From an uncultured delta proteobacterium (GTDB lineage Bacteria > Myxococcota > Myxococcia > Myxococcales > Myxococcaceae): a DNA stretch of 64,000 nucleotides. The position numbers and the translations under genes are program-made. Shown piece after piece: positions 39,626 through 48,769 of this stretch (positions are counted from its first letter, which is position 1; every line of letters starts with the position of its first letter). The stretch spans positions 256,001-320,000 of the forward strand of contig CAVQKE010000007.1 of the NCBI GenBank assembly GCA_963713045.1, in the 5' to 3' direction. A model generated the notes under the pieces. The model ran no database searches. It was not told the origin of the DNA and saw nothing but the letters and a program-made list of their open reading frames with translations.

Positions 39626-41197
39626 ATGTCCTCCTCGCTCCCCCTGGTAAGTCTGGCGACGGCCAGCGCGCTGCGCCTCGAAGCGGACGTCCTCATCCTC
39701 CCGGTGTTGGAAAGCGACGGCAAAGCCGTGGCCGACGCGGCGATGGTGGACGTCGACCGCGCCCTGGGAGGCCACTTGCACCGGGCGGCGGCGGCCGACG
39801 GCTTCAAAGGCCGCACCGACCAACTCTTCCAATTCCACACCCAGGGACGCCTCCCCTCGGCACGGGTGGTGCTGGTGGGGCTGGGACCCAAGGAGCGCTG
39901 CACCAACGAGACCCTGCGCCAGGCCGCCGGGCGCGCGATGCGCACGGTGCTGCGGACCAGGGGGATGCAGGTGCTGCTGCAGGTGCCACCCACGGCGGAC
40001 GACGCGGCCGCGCTGCGCGCCGCCACCGAGGGGGCGTTGCTGGGGGCGTACCGCTTCGACCGCTACCGCAGCAATGGCGCCGAGGAGCGGGGCAGCCTGG
40101 CGGGTCTTCGCGTTGTCCTGCCCCCCGGCATCCGGCGCAGCGACGCGCTGGACCAGGCACTGCACTTGGCGGTGCAGGTGGCCGAGGCCACCAACCACGC
40201 CCGGGACTTGGTGAATGAGCCGGCGGCCCACCTCACCCCCGAGCGCTTGGCAGAAGAGGCCCGCCGGGTGGCAAAGGCCTCCGGCCTCAAAGTGCGGGTG
40301 GACGGCCCGGAGGAACTGGCCCGGCTGAAGATGGGGATGTTTCTCGCCGTGGGCCAGGGAAGCGCCAACGGACCGCGCCTGATTGAAGTCAGCTACCTGC
40401 CGAAGGGCCAAGCCGCCTCCGTCCGGCCGCTGGTGCTGGTGGGCAAAGCCATCACCTTTGACAGCGGCGGCCTGTCGCTGAAGACGGCCGACGGCATGGT
40501 GGAGATGAAGACGGACATGGCCGGCGCGGCCGCGCTCCTCGGGGTGATGGAGGTGGTGGCGGCGCTAAAGCCTCCCTTCCCGGTGGTGGCCCTTCTCGCC
40601 GCCGCCGAAAACATGCCGTCGGGGACGGCGTACCGGCCGGGGGACGTGCTGACCTCCCGGCTGGGCAAGACGGTGGAAGTCACCAACACCGACGCCGAGG
40701 GACGCCTCGTCTTGGGGGACGTGTTGGCGTACGCCGCCGAGCGCTCGCCCTCCGCCTTGGTTGACGTCGCCACTCTCACCGGCGCCTGCGTGGTCGCACT
40801 GGGTCAGCACGTGGTGGGCCTGTGGAGCACCGACGAGGCGCTGGCCGAGGAAGTCTTGCAGGCTAGCCGCCGGGCGGGCGAAGCGATGTGGAGAATGCCG
40901 CTGGTGGAGCTACAGAAGGAGAACCTCCGCTCGGAGATTGCCGACATGCGGAATTCCGGCGAGCGCCAGGGGGCCGCCATTGCCGCGGCGCTTTTCCTCC
41001 GCGAATTCGTCGGGGCAGTGCCCTGGGTGCACCTGGACATGGCCGGGCCGTCGGTCAGCACCAAGGAGCGCGGCTACTTCGTCAAGGGAGGCACCGGCGT
41101 CACCGTGCGCACCTTGGTGGAACTTATCCGCGCGCGCGGCCAGGCCGCCGCCGCGGCGGCGCAGGCGCGCCCCGCGCCCGGTAGCCGCCGGCCCTAG
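39626..41197 (+). CDS. pepA: Leucyl aminopeptidase (M17)
   Basis: GKAITFDSGG.SLK, MKTDMAGAA, NTDAEGRL.L.D, ATLTGA and W.HLD.AG motifs. Confidence 0.96.
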   Translation: MSSSLPLVSLATASALRLEADVLILPVLESDGKAVADAAMVDVDRALGGHLHRAAAADGFKGRTDQLFQFHTQGRLPSARVVLVGLGPKERCTNETLRQAAGRAMRTVLRTRGMQVLLQVPPTADDAAALRAATEGALLGAYRFDRYRSNGAEERGSLAGLRVVLPPGIRRSDALDQALHLAVQVAEATNHARDLVNEPAAHLTPERLAEEARRVAKASGLKVRVDGPEELARLKMGMFLAVGQGSANGPRLIEVSYLPKGQAASVRPLVLVGKAITFDSGGLSLKTADGMVEMKTDMAGAAALLGVMEVVAALKPPFPVVALLAAAENMPSGTAYRPGDVLTSRLGKTVEVTNTDAEGRLVLGDVLAYAAERSPSALVDVATLTGACVVALGQHVVGLWSTDEALAEEVLQASRRAGEAMWRMPLVELQKENLRSEIADMRNSGERQGAAIAAALFLREFVGAVPWVHLDMAGPSVSTKERGYFVKGGTGVTVRTLVELIRARGQAAAAAAQARPAPGSRRP

Positions 41198-41925
41198 CTT
41201 CGCTGGGCGAGGGCCGAAGCCACCGCCTCATGAAGCGCCTTGGCCACCGCCGGCGCCTCCGCGCTGGCGTGCAACGGACGGCCCACCACCAGCAAGTCCG
41301 CCCCGGCACGGATGGCCTCCTGCGGTGTCGCGGTGCGGGCTTGGTCGCCTGAGGCCGCCCCTTCTGGGCGAATGCCCGGAGTGCACAACAGAAGACGCGG
41401 GTAGCGCGCCCGCAGCGCGGGCACCTCCCGCGCCGAGCACACCAGCCCCCCCACCCCGGCCGAGGCCGCCACCTCCGCCAGCCGCGTGGCCATCAGCGCG
41501 GCGGTGGGGCCGAAGCCCAGCGCCGCCACGGCGCTGTCATCGAGAGAGGTGAGCGCCGTCACCGCCAGCACCACCGGCGCCGTGCGGCCGGCGGCGGCGG
41601 CCCCCAGCTGCACCCCCTGCACGGCGGCGCGCAGCATGGCGCTGCCCCCCGAGGCGTGCACGGTGAGGTAGGAGACGCCGAGGGCGGCGGCACGGGCAGC
41701 CGCCAACTCGACGGTGTTGGGGATGTCGTGCAGCTTGAGGTCCAGAAAGAGGCGCGCTCCCTGGCTGCGGAAGGGCTCCAGCGCCAGCGGGCCGTGCTCG
41801 ACGAAAAGGGACAGCCCCACCTTCACCACCCCCACCCAGGGCCGGAGGGTGGGGTACAGCGCGCCGGCCTCTTCCAGCGGCACGTCGGCCGCCCAGGCCA
41901 GGGCGTCCCGCGCCTCGAGGCTCAC
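41194..41925 (-). CDS. pyrF: Orotidine-5'-phosphate decarboxylase
   Basis: KVGL.LF, FLDLKLHDIPNTV, TVHASGG, TPGIRP, DQ.R and LVVGRP motifs. Confidence 0.96.
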   Translation of the reverse strand: MSLEARDALAWAADVPLEEAGALYPTLRPWVGVVKVGLSLFVEHGPLALEPFRSQGARLFLDLKLHDIPNTVELAAARAAALGVSYLTVHASGGSAMLRAAVQGVQLGAAAAGRTAPVVLAVTALTSLDDSAVAALGFGPTAALMATRLAEVAASAGVGGLVCSAREVPALRARYPRLLLCTPGIRPEGAASGDQARTATPQEAIRAGADLLVVGRPLHASAEAPAVAKALHEAVASALAQRS

Positions 41926-42977
41926 CGCGAGGCGAGCTCTGGGTCGATGACTTTTTTGAATTCCTCGATGGGCATCGCACCGTTGATGAAGACGCCGTTG
42001 ATGAAGAAGGCTGGGGTGCCGTTGACGCCGGCGGCCTGGCCAGCCTCGACGTCTGAGTCCACCTGCTTCTTCTTCTCGCCGCTGTCCAGACAGGTCGCAA
42101 ACTTGGTCGCGTCCAGCCCAGCGCTGCCGGCGTAGGCCTTCAAGTCAGAGACGTCGAGCTTCTTCTGGTTCTTGAAAAGCAAGTCGTAAACCTCCCAGAA
42201 TTTCCCTTGGTCCGCCGCGCAGAGGCTGGCCTCGGCGGCCTTCTCGGCCTGGGGATGGATGGGGAGCGGGAACTGGCGAAACACCAACTTCACCTTACCG
42301 GCATACTGCTGCATCAGCTGCTCGACGGTGGTGTAGGCCGCGCCGCAGTAGGGGCACTGGAAGTCTGAGAATTCCACAATGGTCACCTTGGCGTCGCCCG
42401 GGCCGCGCGCCGGTCCGGTGGCGGCCACCTCCACCCGCGGCGGGGGCAAGTCAATTTGCAGGTTGGCCGAGGTGCGCAACTCATCGATGACTTTCTGGAC
42501 GCTGGCCCGACGCTGCTGGTTGACGATGGCCTGAACCAGCTGGTCCTTGATGCTGTCCAGCTGGGTGTCCGCCGGGATGCGGTTGGCCGCCTTCAGCCGG
42601 TCGTAGAATTCCTTCACCTCGGCGTCGGTCGGCGGGGTGACGGGAATCGCCTCCACCCGGGCCTGGATGTAGGCCTCCTCGGTTTGGTTCTTCTTGGCGG
42701 CTTCCGCCTTCACAATGCGCTCCACCGCCATCCGCTCCAGGACTTCCCGGCGCGCGGAGTACATCTGGTTTTGCAACTCCTGAATCTTCGGCTTGGCCTC
42801 GACCTCCAGCTCGCCGTAGGTGATTTTGCCGCCGTTGTAGGTGGCCACCACCTGGTTGGCGGCCATCGTGTTGGCCGCGCCGCTGGCCGCTGCCGTCTTC
42901 TGCTTCGCGCAGGCGGCGAGGACGAGGAGGGAGGCCAGGACGGTGGCCGAGAGGGAGGAGGGGGCGGGTAGTTTCAT
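41922..42977 (-). CDS. DsbA-family thioredoxin lipoprotein with SurA-like N-terminal domain
   Basis: Lipobox LAAC; VATYNGGKIT; EFSDFQCPYC; GVNGTPAFFING. Confidence 0.9.
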   Translation of the reverse strand: MKLPAPSSLSATVLASLLVLAACAKQKTAAASGAANTMAANQVVATYNGGKITYGELEVEAKPKIQELQNQMYSARREVLERMAVERIVKAEAAKKNQTEEAYIQARVEAIPVTPPTDAEVKEFYDRLKAANRIPADTQLDSIKDQLVQAIVNQQRRASVQKVIDELRTSANLQIDLPPPRVEVAATGPARGPGDAKVTIVEFSDFQCPYCGAAYTTVEQLMQQYAGKVKLVFRQFPLPIHPQAEKAAEASLCAADQGKFWEVYDLLFKNQKKLDVSDLKAYAGSAGLDATKFATCLDSGEKKKQVDSDVEAGQAAGVNGTPAFFINGVFINGAMPIEEFKKVIDPELASR

Positions 42978-43089
42978 AGGGAGGGGGGCCTTTTGCCCTG
43001 CGCCGGGGAAGTGTGCAAGCCACACCCAACACCCGCCGCGCCGGGAAGCTTCCCCGAGGGCCCTCGGGAAGCAGCCCCGCCCGTCGGCC

Positions 43090-44013
43090 TCAGGCCGGCT
43101 CGGCGGCGAAGTCCGGCAAGCGAAAGCCGAAGCGCTCCAGCTCACGCTGTTGAGCGCGCACCACCGCGTAGGCGGACGGGTCCGCCAGCACCTCGCGCAC
43201 CAAGCGCAGGTGCAGGGCATGGCCGCTCTTGACGGCCTTCAGCGAGCCGATGACGGGGTGGCCGAAGAGGGCCAAGTCGCCCATGGCGTCGAGGGCCTTG
43301 TGCCGGACGAATTCGTCTGGAAACCGCAGCCCGTCGGCGTTGAGGATGCTGAAGTCATCCACCACAATGGCGTTGTCGAGCGAGCCCCCGCGGGCCAGCC
43401 CAGCGGCCTTCAGCCGCTCCACGTCCCGTAGAAAGCCAAAGGTGCGTGCGCGGGAGACTTCCCGCACGAAGGCGCGACCGGAGAAGTCCAGCTCCAACCG
43501 CTGACGGGAGACGAGCGGGTGGTGAAAGTCGATGGCCACGTCCATGTGGAAGCAGTCCGACGGCGACAGGGAGGCTTCCTTGTCCCCTTCCAGGACGGCC
43601 ACCGACTTCTTCACCACCACGAAGCTTTTCGGCGCCTGTTGGACCCGCACCCCGGCGCTCTGCACCAGGTAGGCAAACGGCCCGGCGCTGCCGTCCATGA
43701 TGGGCACCTCAGGGCCGTCCAGTTCCACCCGGACGTTGTCCAGTCCCAGCCCCAACAGCGCCCCCAACAGGTGCTCCACCGTGCCCACCCGCACCCCGTC
43801 TTTCCCGAGGCTGGTGGCCAGTTCTGTGTCCACCACGTACTGGGCCGTGGCGGGGATGGACACCGGCCGGGCCAAGTCCGTGCGGACAAACACCACCCCG
43901 TGGTTGGCCGGCGCCGGGCGCAGCGTCAGCTTCACCGCGCCGCCGGTGTGGAGCCCGATGCCCTCGCAACTGACTGAGCTGCTGAGCGTCCGCTGGTTGA
44001 AAGACATGGACAT
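43090..44013 (-). CDS. lpxC: UDP-3-O-acyl-GlcNAc deacetylase
   Basis: Q.TL...V...GIGLHTG, TVEHLL, EVPIMDGSA, ARTFGF, HKALD..GDL and KSGH motifs. Confidence 0.97.
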   Translation of the reverse strand: MSMSFNQRTLSSSVSCEGIGLHTGGAVKLTLRPAPANHGVVFVRTDLARPVSIPATAQYVVDTELATSLGKDGVRVGTVEHLLGALLGLGLDNVRVELDGPEVPIMDGSAGPFAYLVQSAGVRVQQAPKSFVVVKKSVAVLEGDKEASLSPSDCFHMDVAIDFHHPLVSRQRLELDFSGRAFVREVSRARTFGFLRDVERLKAAGLARGGSLDNAIVVDDFSILNADGLRFPDEFVRHKALDAMGDLALFGHPVIGSLKAVKSGHALHLRLVREVLADPSAYAVVRAQQRELERFGFRLPDFAAEPA

Positions 44014-44082
44014 GGTCTGTGTGTGAGGCTCCCCTACCCTCTTCCTTGCCACTCCCAACCAAGCCCTGCGCCTAGTCAACAC

Positions 44083-44200
44083 CTAAGGACCGCAAGAGGT
44101 TTCATCCGGGCAGACGTAAAGCTACCGCGGTGTGACAAACCGACGAAATACCGTACCGCGGCGCGTCGCCACAACGCTCACATTTTCTCTAAGGACCGCA
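44083..44200. repeat. 12-bp direct repeat CTAAGGACCGCA upstream of lpxC
   Basis: Exact copies at 44083-44094 and 44189-44200. Confidence 0.6.
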
Positions 44201-44235
44201 GCACCTAGCAGAAATCCGCTGAGAGGGGCACAACT

Positions 44236-45708
44236 TCAACTCGGACGGAACCTGTCCAGCACGGCCTCAGCGTGACCGCGGTCAAACCGTCGCCCGGTGA
44301 CGTCCCGGCGACGGCCAATGCGGACGAAGAGGCCTTCGGTGGCACCGGCGAAGAGGAGGCAGTCTTCGGCCAGACGGGCCCGGGCCAGCGGGCCTTCGGG
44401 CGACTGGGACGCATCGCCGAGGATGCTGAGGAAGCGGTCCACGGCTTCCAAGTCCCCGTAGCGCAGCAGCTGGTAGCTGCCGTCTTGAAAGTAATCGAGG
44501 AAACGCAGAAGGGCGCTGAGGTTTGCGCCTGCGTCGGAGGCGCCCTGCAGGGCTTGGGCGGCCTCGCGGGCCAGCTGCGAGGCGACCCACAAGTCATTGC
44601 GCAGCCGCTGCGCCACCATCCCCGCGGAGACGAGGGCCGAGAAGCCCTCCTGGGCGCCGCGCGCCTCAAGCGCCCGGCCAAGCTGGACCACCGCCCCTTC
44701 AAACAGGGCGGTGAAGTCCCCCACCGCGCCCCGCATTCGGTTGTCGTCCGGCGGGCCTTCCGCCAGCAGCGCCCGGCCGATGGCGCCTGACTTCACCGAA
44801 AGCGCGCGCGCCACCCGCAGCGCGGCGGTTTGCCACGCGCGGGTGGTGGTGCCGGCCGCCACGTCATTGCGCAGGTAGCCGCTGAGGGTGAGCGCCTCGC
44901 TGTGCACCAGGGCGAGGAGGACTCGCGCCCGACGCTCCAGAGGGCGCTCCGGCTCGAGCCGCAGGTAGCCGAGGGCGTGAAGGAAGCGAAAGAGGGCCAG
45001 AAACGCGCTGGTGAAGAGTCCGCGCTCCGGGTCCGGGAGGCGGCGCAGGGCGTCCAGCACCGGGACGCTTCGAATGCGGTCGAACTCGAGGCAAAACTCG
45101 AGCGGGCGCGCCGGGCGGAAGAAGCGGTTTTGGAGAATGGCCCGGACTGCAAGGCTGCCCACTTCGTGGAAGACGCGGTGGCCGACCGCCTCCAGCCCAA
45201 ACAGGCTGTCCATGACGACGCAGATGGATTCGAAGCTTTGCGCCAGGAGGAAGAGGCTCTCCTGGGGCGTCTGCTGTTCCAGTTCGTCTTCGAGCAGCGC
45301 CCGTCGGACGCGGTCGTCCACCGCCTGAGAGCCGAGGTAATGGCGGAAGACGAAGCGCTGCTCGTGGCCCGGGTCGAGCAGCCGTCGGGCCAGTCGAATG
45401 GCCTGGTGCATGGCGTCCCGGAGGTCGCGCAGCTCCTCGCCGAAGTCGCGCGTCACCAGCGGCCGTGCCGAGCCCTCCAACGTCAGGGTGTGCAGGTGAA
45501 AGGAGCGCTCGATGGCGCGCAGCAGAAGCTCAAATTCGAAGAGTCGCTCCTCACGGCCCTCGACCCGGACGCTGCGCAGCCAGCGCTCGCGTTCGGCCAA
45601 CAGCACCGGCCGGGGCTGGCTGTCTCGAATCAGTTGGACGTAAAAGTCACGCGCGCTGCGAGGAGGGCGCAGGCGTGGCGCCTCCTGGCGCTCCGGGGCA
45701 GCACTCAC
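44236..45708 (-). CDS. Hypothetical all-helical protein coupled to ruvB
   Basis: 490-aa ORF with GC3-rich codons; GTGA overlap with the ruvB stop. Confidence 0.8.
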   Translation of the reverse strand: MSAAPERQEAPRLRPPRSARDFYVQLIRDSQPRPVLLAERERWLRSVRVEGREERLFEFELLLRAIERSFHLHTLTLEGSARPLVTRDFGEELRDLRDAMHQAIRLARRLLDPGHEQRFVFRHYLGSQAVDDRVRRALLEDELEQQTPQESLFLLAQSFESICVVMDSLFGLEAVGHRVFHEVGSLAVRAILQNRFFRPARPLEFCLEFDRIRSVPVLDALRRLPDPERGLFTSAFLALFRFLHALGYLRLEPERPLERRARVLLALVHSEALTLSGYLRNDVAAGTTTRAWQTAALRVARALSVKSGAIGRALLAEGPPDDNRMRGAVGDFTALFEGAVVQLGRALEARGAQEGFSALVSAGMVAQRLRNDLWVASQLAREAAQALQGASDAGANLSALLRFLDYFQDGSYQLLRYGDLEAVDRFLSILGDASQSPEGPLARARLAEDCLLFAGATEGLFVRIGRRRDVTGRRFDRGHAEAVLDRFRPS

Positions 45709-46730
45709 AACAGCGCCCCTTGCGACGCCGGCGGCGGCGTCAGTCCCAGGTGCCGCCAGGCCTTGGCCGTCGCCACCCGGCCTCGGGGCGTCCGCTGTAG
45801 AAAGCCCTCCTGCATCAGGAACGGCTCGTACACGTCTTCCACCGTCTCGCTCTGCTCGCCCACCACCATGGCCACTGTGTCCAGCCCCACCGGGCCGCCC
45901 CCGAACTTGTCGAGGATGGTGAAGAGAATGCGCCGGTCCATCGGGTCGAGGCCGAGCGCGTCCACCTCCAGGCGTTTGAGGGCACCCGAAGCCACGGCGC
46001 GCGTCACCACCTGCTCGCCGTCCACCTCGGCAAAGTCGCGGATGCGGCGGAGCAGCCGGTTGGCAATGCGGGGCGTCCCCCGGGCCCGGGTGGCAATTTC
46101 CCGGGCGCCGTCGGGTTGCAGCCGGACACCGAGGATGCCAGCGCTCCGAGCGAGAATTCGCTCCAAGTCCGCGGCCGCGTAGTAGTCAAGCCGCTCTTGG
46201 ATTTGAAAGCGGTCGCGAAGCGGTGAGGTGAGCAGCCCGGTGCGGGTGGTGGCGCCGATGAGGGTGAAGGGTTGCAGGTCCAGCTTCATCGCCCGGGCGG
46301 CGGGGCCGCTGTCGATGGTGATGTCCAAGCGGAAGTCCTCCATCGCCGGGTAGAGGTACTCCTCCACCTGGGGAGGCAGCCGGTGGATTTCGTCGATGAA
46401 GAGGACGTCGCGAGCCTCGAGGCTGGTCAACAGCCCAGCCAGGTCCCCTTTGCGCTCCACCGCCGGCCCAGAGGTGACGTGAATCGCCACGCCCAGCTCG
46501 GCGGCGAGAATGTGGGCCAGCGACGTCTTGCCAAGGCCGGGCGGTCCGGAGAAGAGGCAATGGTCCAGGGCCTCCCGTCGCCTGCGGGCCGCCTGCACAT
46601 ACACCTTCAGCTTGTCCACCACCGCCGCCTGCCCGACGTATTCATCGAAGCGCCGCGGCCGAAGCGAAACCTCGAGGCGCTGCTCTTCGGCGGTGGGGCT
46701 GGGCTCGAGCGGACGGTGGACAGGCGCCAT
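45705..46730 (-). CDS. ruvB: Holliday junction helicase RuvB
   Basis: [39 protein letters not shown] and [11 protein letters not shown] motifs. Confidence 0.98.
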   Translation of the reverse strand: MAPVHRPLEPSPTAEEQRLEVSLRPRRFDEYVGQAAVVDKLKVYVQAARRRREALDHCLFSGPPGLGKTSLAHILAAELGVAIHVTSGPAVERKGDLAGLLTSLEARDVLFIDEIHRLPPQVEEYLYPAMEDFRLDITIDSGPAARAMKLDLQPFTLIGATTRTGLLTSPLRDRFQIQERLDYYAAADLERILARSAGILGVRLQPDGAREIATRARGTPRIANRLLRRIRDFAEVDGEQVVTRAVASGALKRLEVDALGLDPMDRRILFTILDKFGGGPVGLDTVAMVVGEQSETVEDVYEPFLMQEGFLQRTPRGRVATAKAWRHLGLTPPPASQGALL

Positions 46731-46771
46731 GGGGGCGCCGCGCAGGGTAGCAGTTTTGAAGCGCGCCCTCC

Positions 46772-47362
46772 CTAGCTAGCTTGCAGGGTGCGGAGTGCCT
46801 CGCGGAAGAGCGCCTCGAAGGGCGCGTCGGCTCCCATGCGGGCGGAGACCGCATCGGCCGCCTCCTCGGCGGCTGCGGGCCGGTAGCCGAGGTTCTCGAG
46901 GGCCGACACCAAGTCGCGACGGGCTCCCGGCGTCCCGGCTGCCGGCTTGCCTGCCGCCAGGGCCTTGGCCTTGTCCCGCAACTCCAGGACGAGGCGCTCC
47001 GCCGTCTTCTTCCCCACCCCATGAATCCGCGTCAGCCGGGCGAGGTCTCCCCGCGAGAGGGCCTCGGCCAAGTCCGCCACGTCCAGCCCGGACAGCACCG
47101 CGAGGGCCAGCTTCGGCCCGACGTGACTGACCGAAGTCAGCAGGAGGAACATCTGCTCCTCCTCAGGGGACAGAAAGCCCACCAACTCAATGGCGTCCTC
47201 GCGCACCACGGTGTGGATGCGAAGCTCAGCCGGCTGCCCTTCCGCCGGCAGTCGGGCGAGGGACAGCAGGGACAGCGCCACCCGGTAGCCGACGCCGTGG
47301 ACGTCCACCACCGCGTCGGAGAGGCTCTTTTCGAGAACCACCCCCCGCAGCCGCGCAATCAC
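46772..47362 (-). CDS. ruvA: Holliday junction branch migration protein RuvA
   Basis: (M)[43 protein letters not shown] start at 47362. Confidence 0.97.
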   Translation of the reverse strand: MIARLRGVVLEKSLSDAVVDVHGVGYRVALSLLSLARLPAEGQPAELRIHTVVREDAIELVGFLSPEEEQMFLLLTSVSHVGPKLALAVLSGLDVADLAEALSRGDLARLTRIHGVGKKTAERLVLELRDKAKALAAGKPAAGTPGARRDLVSALENLGYRPAAAEEAADAVSARMGADAPFEALFREALRTLQAS

Positions 47363-47928
47363 CTGGGCGCCCCGTACACCGCCCGCGACAGCCGCGGCCA
47401 TTCCGGCGGCCGCCGACGCGCCCTGGGCCTCTCCGGCAGCAGCGTCACCACTTGTGCCCGGTGCAGGTGGCAGACCGCCACCGCCAGCGCATCCGTGGCG
47501 TCGGCCCGCAGCGTCCCGGCCAAGCCGAGAAAGGCCCGCATTTGCTTGGCCACCATCTCCTTCGAAGCCGAGCCGCCAGCACCCACCGCGCGCTTCACCA
47601 GGGCCGGGGCATATTCGAAGACTGGCTGGCCCCGTTGGGCCGCCGCCAACAGCGCCACCCCTCGGGCATGGCCCAGCACCAGCGCGCTGCGCGCGTTGCG
47701 GAAGGTGAAGACGCCCTCCACCGCCACCGCATCCGGCCTCCAGCGCGCGAGGACTTCAGACAGGCCGTGGAAGAGTTCGGCCAGCCGCAGCTCGAGTGCC
47801 AGCTCGCTCGGGACCCGAAGCACTCCGTGGGCCACGTGGCACAGCTTGCTCGCGTATGCGTCCACCACCCCAAAGCCGGTGACGCGGCTTCCTGGGTCGA
47901 TGCCGAGCACACGGAATGGAGCGGACAT
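47359..47928 (-). CDS. ruvC: Holliday junction resolvase RuvC
   Basis: LGIDPGS, AVEGVF, LGHARG, VKRAVG.G.A.K and DATDALAVA motifs. Confidence 0.97.
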   Translation of the reverse strand: MSAPFRVLGIDPGSRVTGFGVVDAYASKLCHVAHGVLRVPSELALELRLAELFHGLSEVLARWRPDAVAVEGVFTFRNARSALVLGHARGVALLAAAQRGQPVFEYAPALVKRAVGAGGSASKEMVAKQMRAFLGLAGTLRADATDALAVAVCHLHRAQVVTLLPERPRARRRPPEWPRLSRAVYGAPR

Positions 47929-47979
47929 GTGCCTCCGTCGTGTAGCACACCGCCTCCACGGGCCCGACTTTTCGCCCCG

Positions 47980-48729
47980 TCAAGCGGTGGCCGCAGCCAG
48001 CAGGGCCTCATCCATCTCGTAGTTGGCCCAGACGTTCTGCACGTCGTCATTGTCCTCGAGGACTTCCAGCAGCTTGAGGACGCGGCGGGCCACGTCCCCC
48101 TCCACCCGGACGGTATTCTGGGGGAGAAACACAGCGCGCTGCTCCCCCACCGCCAGCCCCTTGGCCTCGAGGGCCGCGGCCACCGCGTGCAGCGCGGCCG
48201 CCTCGGTGCGGACCTCGAAGCCCTCTGCCCCCAGCCCCACCACGTCCTCGGCACCGACGTCCAGTGCCACCTCCAAGACGCTTTCCTCGGACGGGCCAGG
48301 CTTCAGGTGGATGCTGCCCTTTCGGTGGAAGAGCCACCCCACGCTTCCCTCGACGGCCAGGTTGCCGCCGCCCTTGGAGAAGTGGGCGCGGATGTCGGCC
48401 GCGGTGCGGTGGCGGTTGTCGGTGAGGCACTCCACCAGGACGGCCACGCCGCCGGGCGCATAGCCCTCGTAGGTGACTTCCTCGTAATGCGCTCCCTCGA
48501 GTTCCCCGGTGCCCTTTTTAATGGCACGGGCAATGTTCTCCGAGGGCATGTTGGCCTCGCGCGCGGCGAGGACGGCCGAGCGCAGGCGGGCGTTGGCGGC
48601 TGGGTCTCCGCCGCCAATCCGTGCCGCGACGGTAATTTCCTTCGTTACCTTGGTGAAGAGCTTGCCTTTGCTGGCGCCCATCGCCTCCTTCTGCCGCTTA
48701 ATTTTCGTCCAGCGGTTGTGACCGGACAT
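47980..48729 (-). CDS. yebC: YebC/PmpR family protein
   Basis: MSGHNRW.KIK, YEGYAPGGVA, LTDN..RT and LEDNDDVQNV..N motifs. Confidence 0.96.
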   Translation of the reverse strand: MSGHNRWTKIKRQKEAMGASKGKLFTKVTKEITVAARIGGGDPAANARLRSAVLAAREANMPSENIARAIKKGTGELEGAHYEEVTYEGYAPGGVAVLVECLTDNRHRTAADIRAHFSKGGGNLAVEGSVGWLFHRKGSIHLKPGPSEESVLEVALDVGAEDVVGLGAEGFEVRTEAAALHAVAAALEAKGLAVGEQRAVFLPQNTVRVEGDVARRVLKLLEVLEDNDDVQNVWANYEMDEALLAAATA

Positions 48730-48769
48730 GGGAATGTCTCCTTGTTTAGGCGGACGGCCGCGTCCTCTT

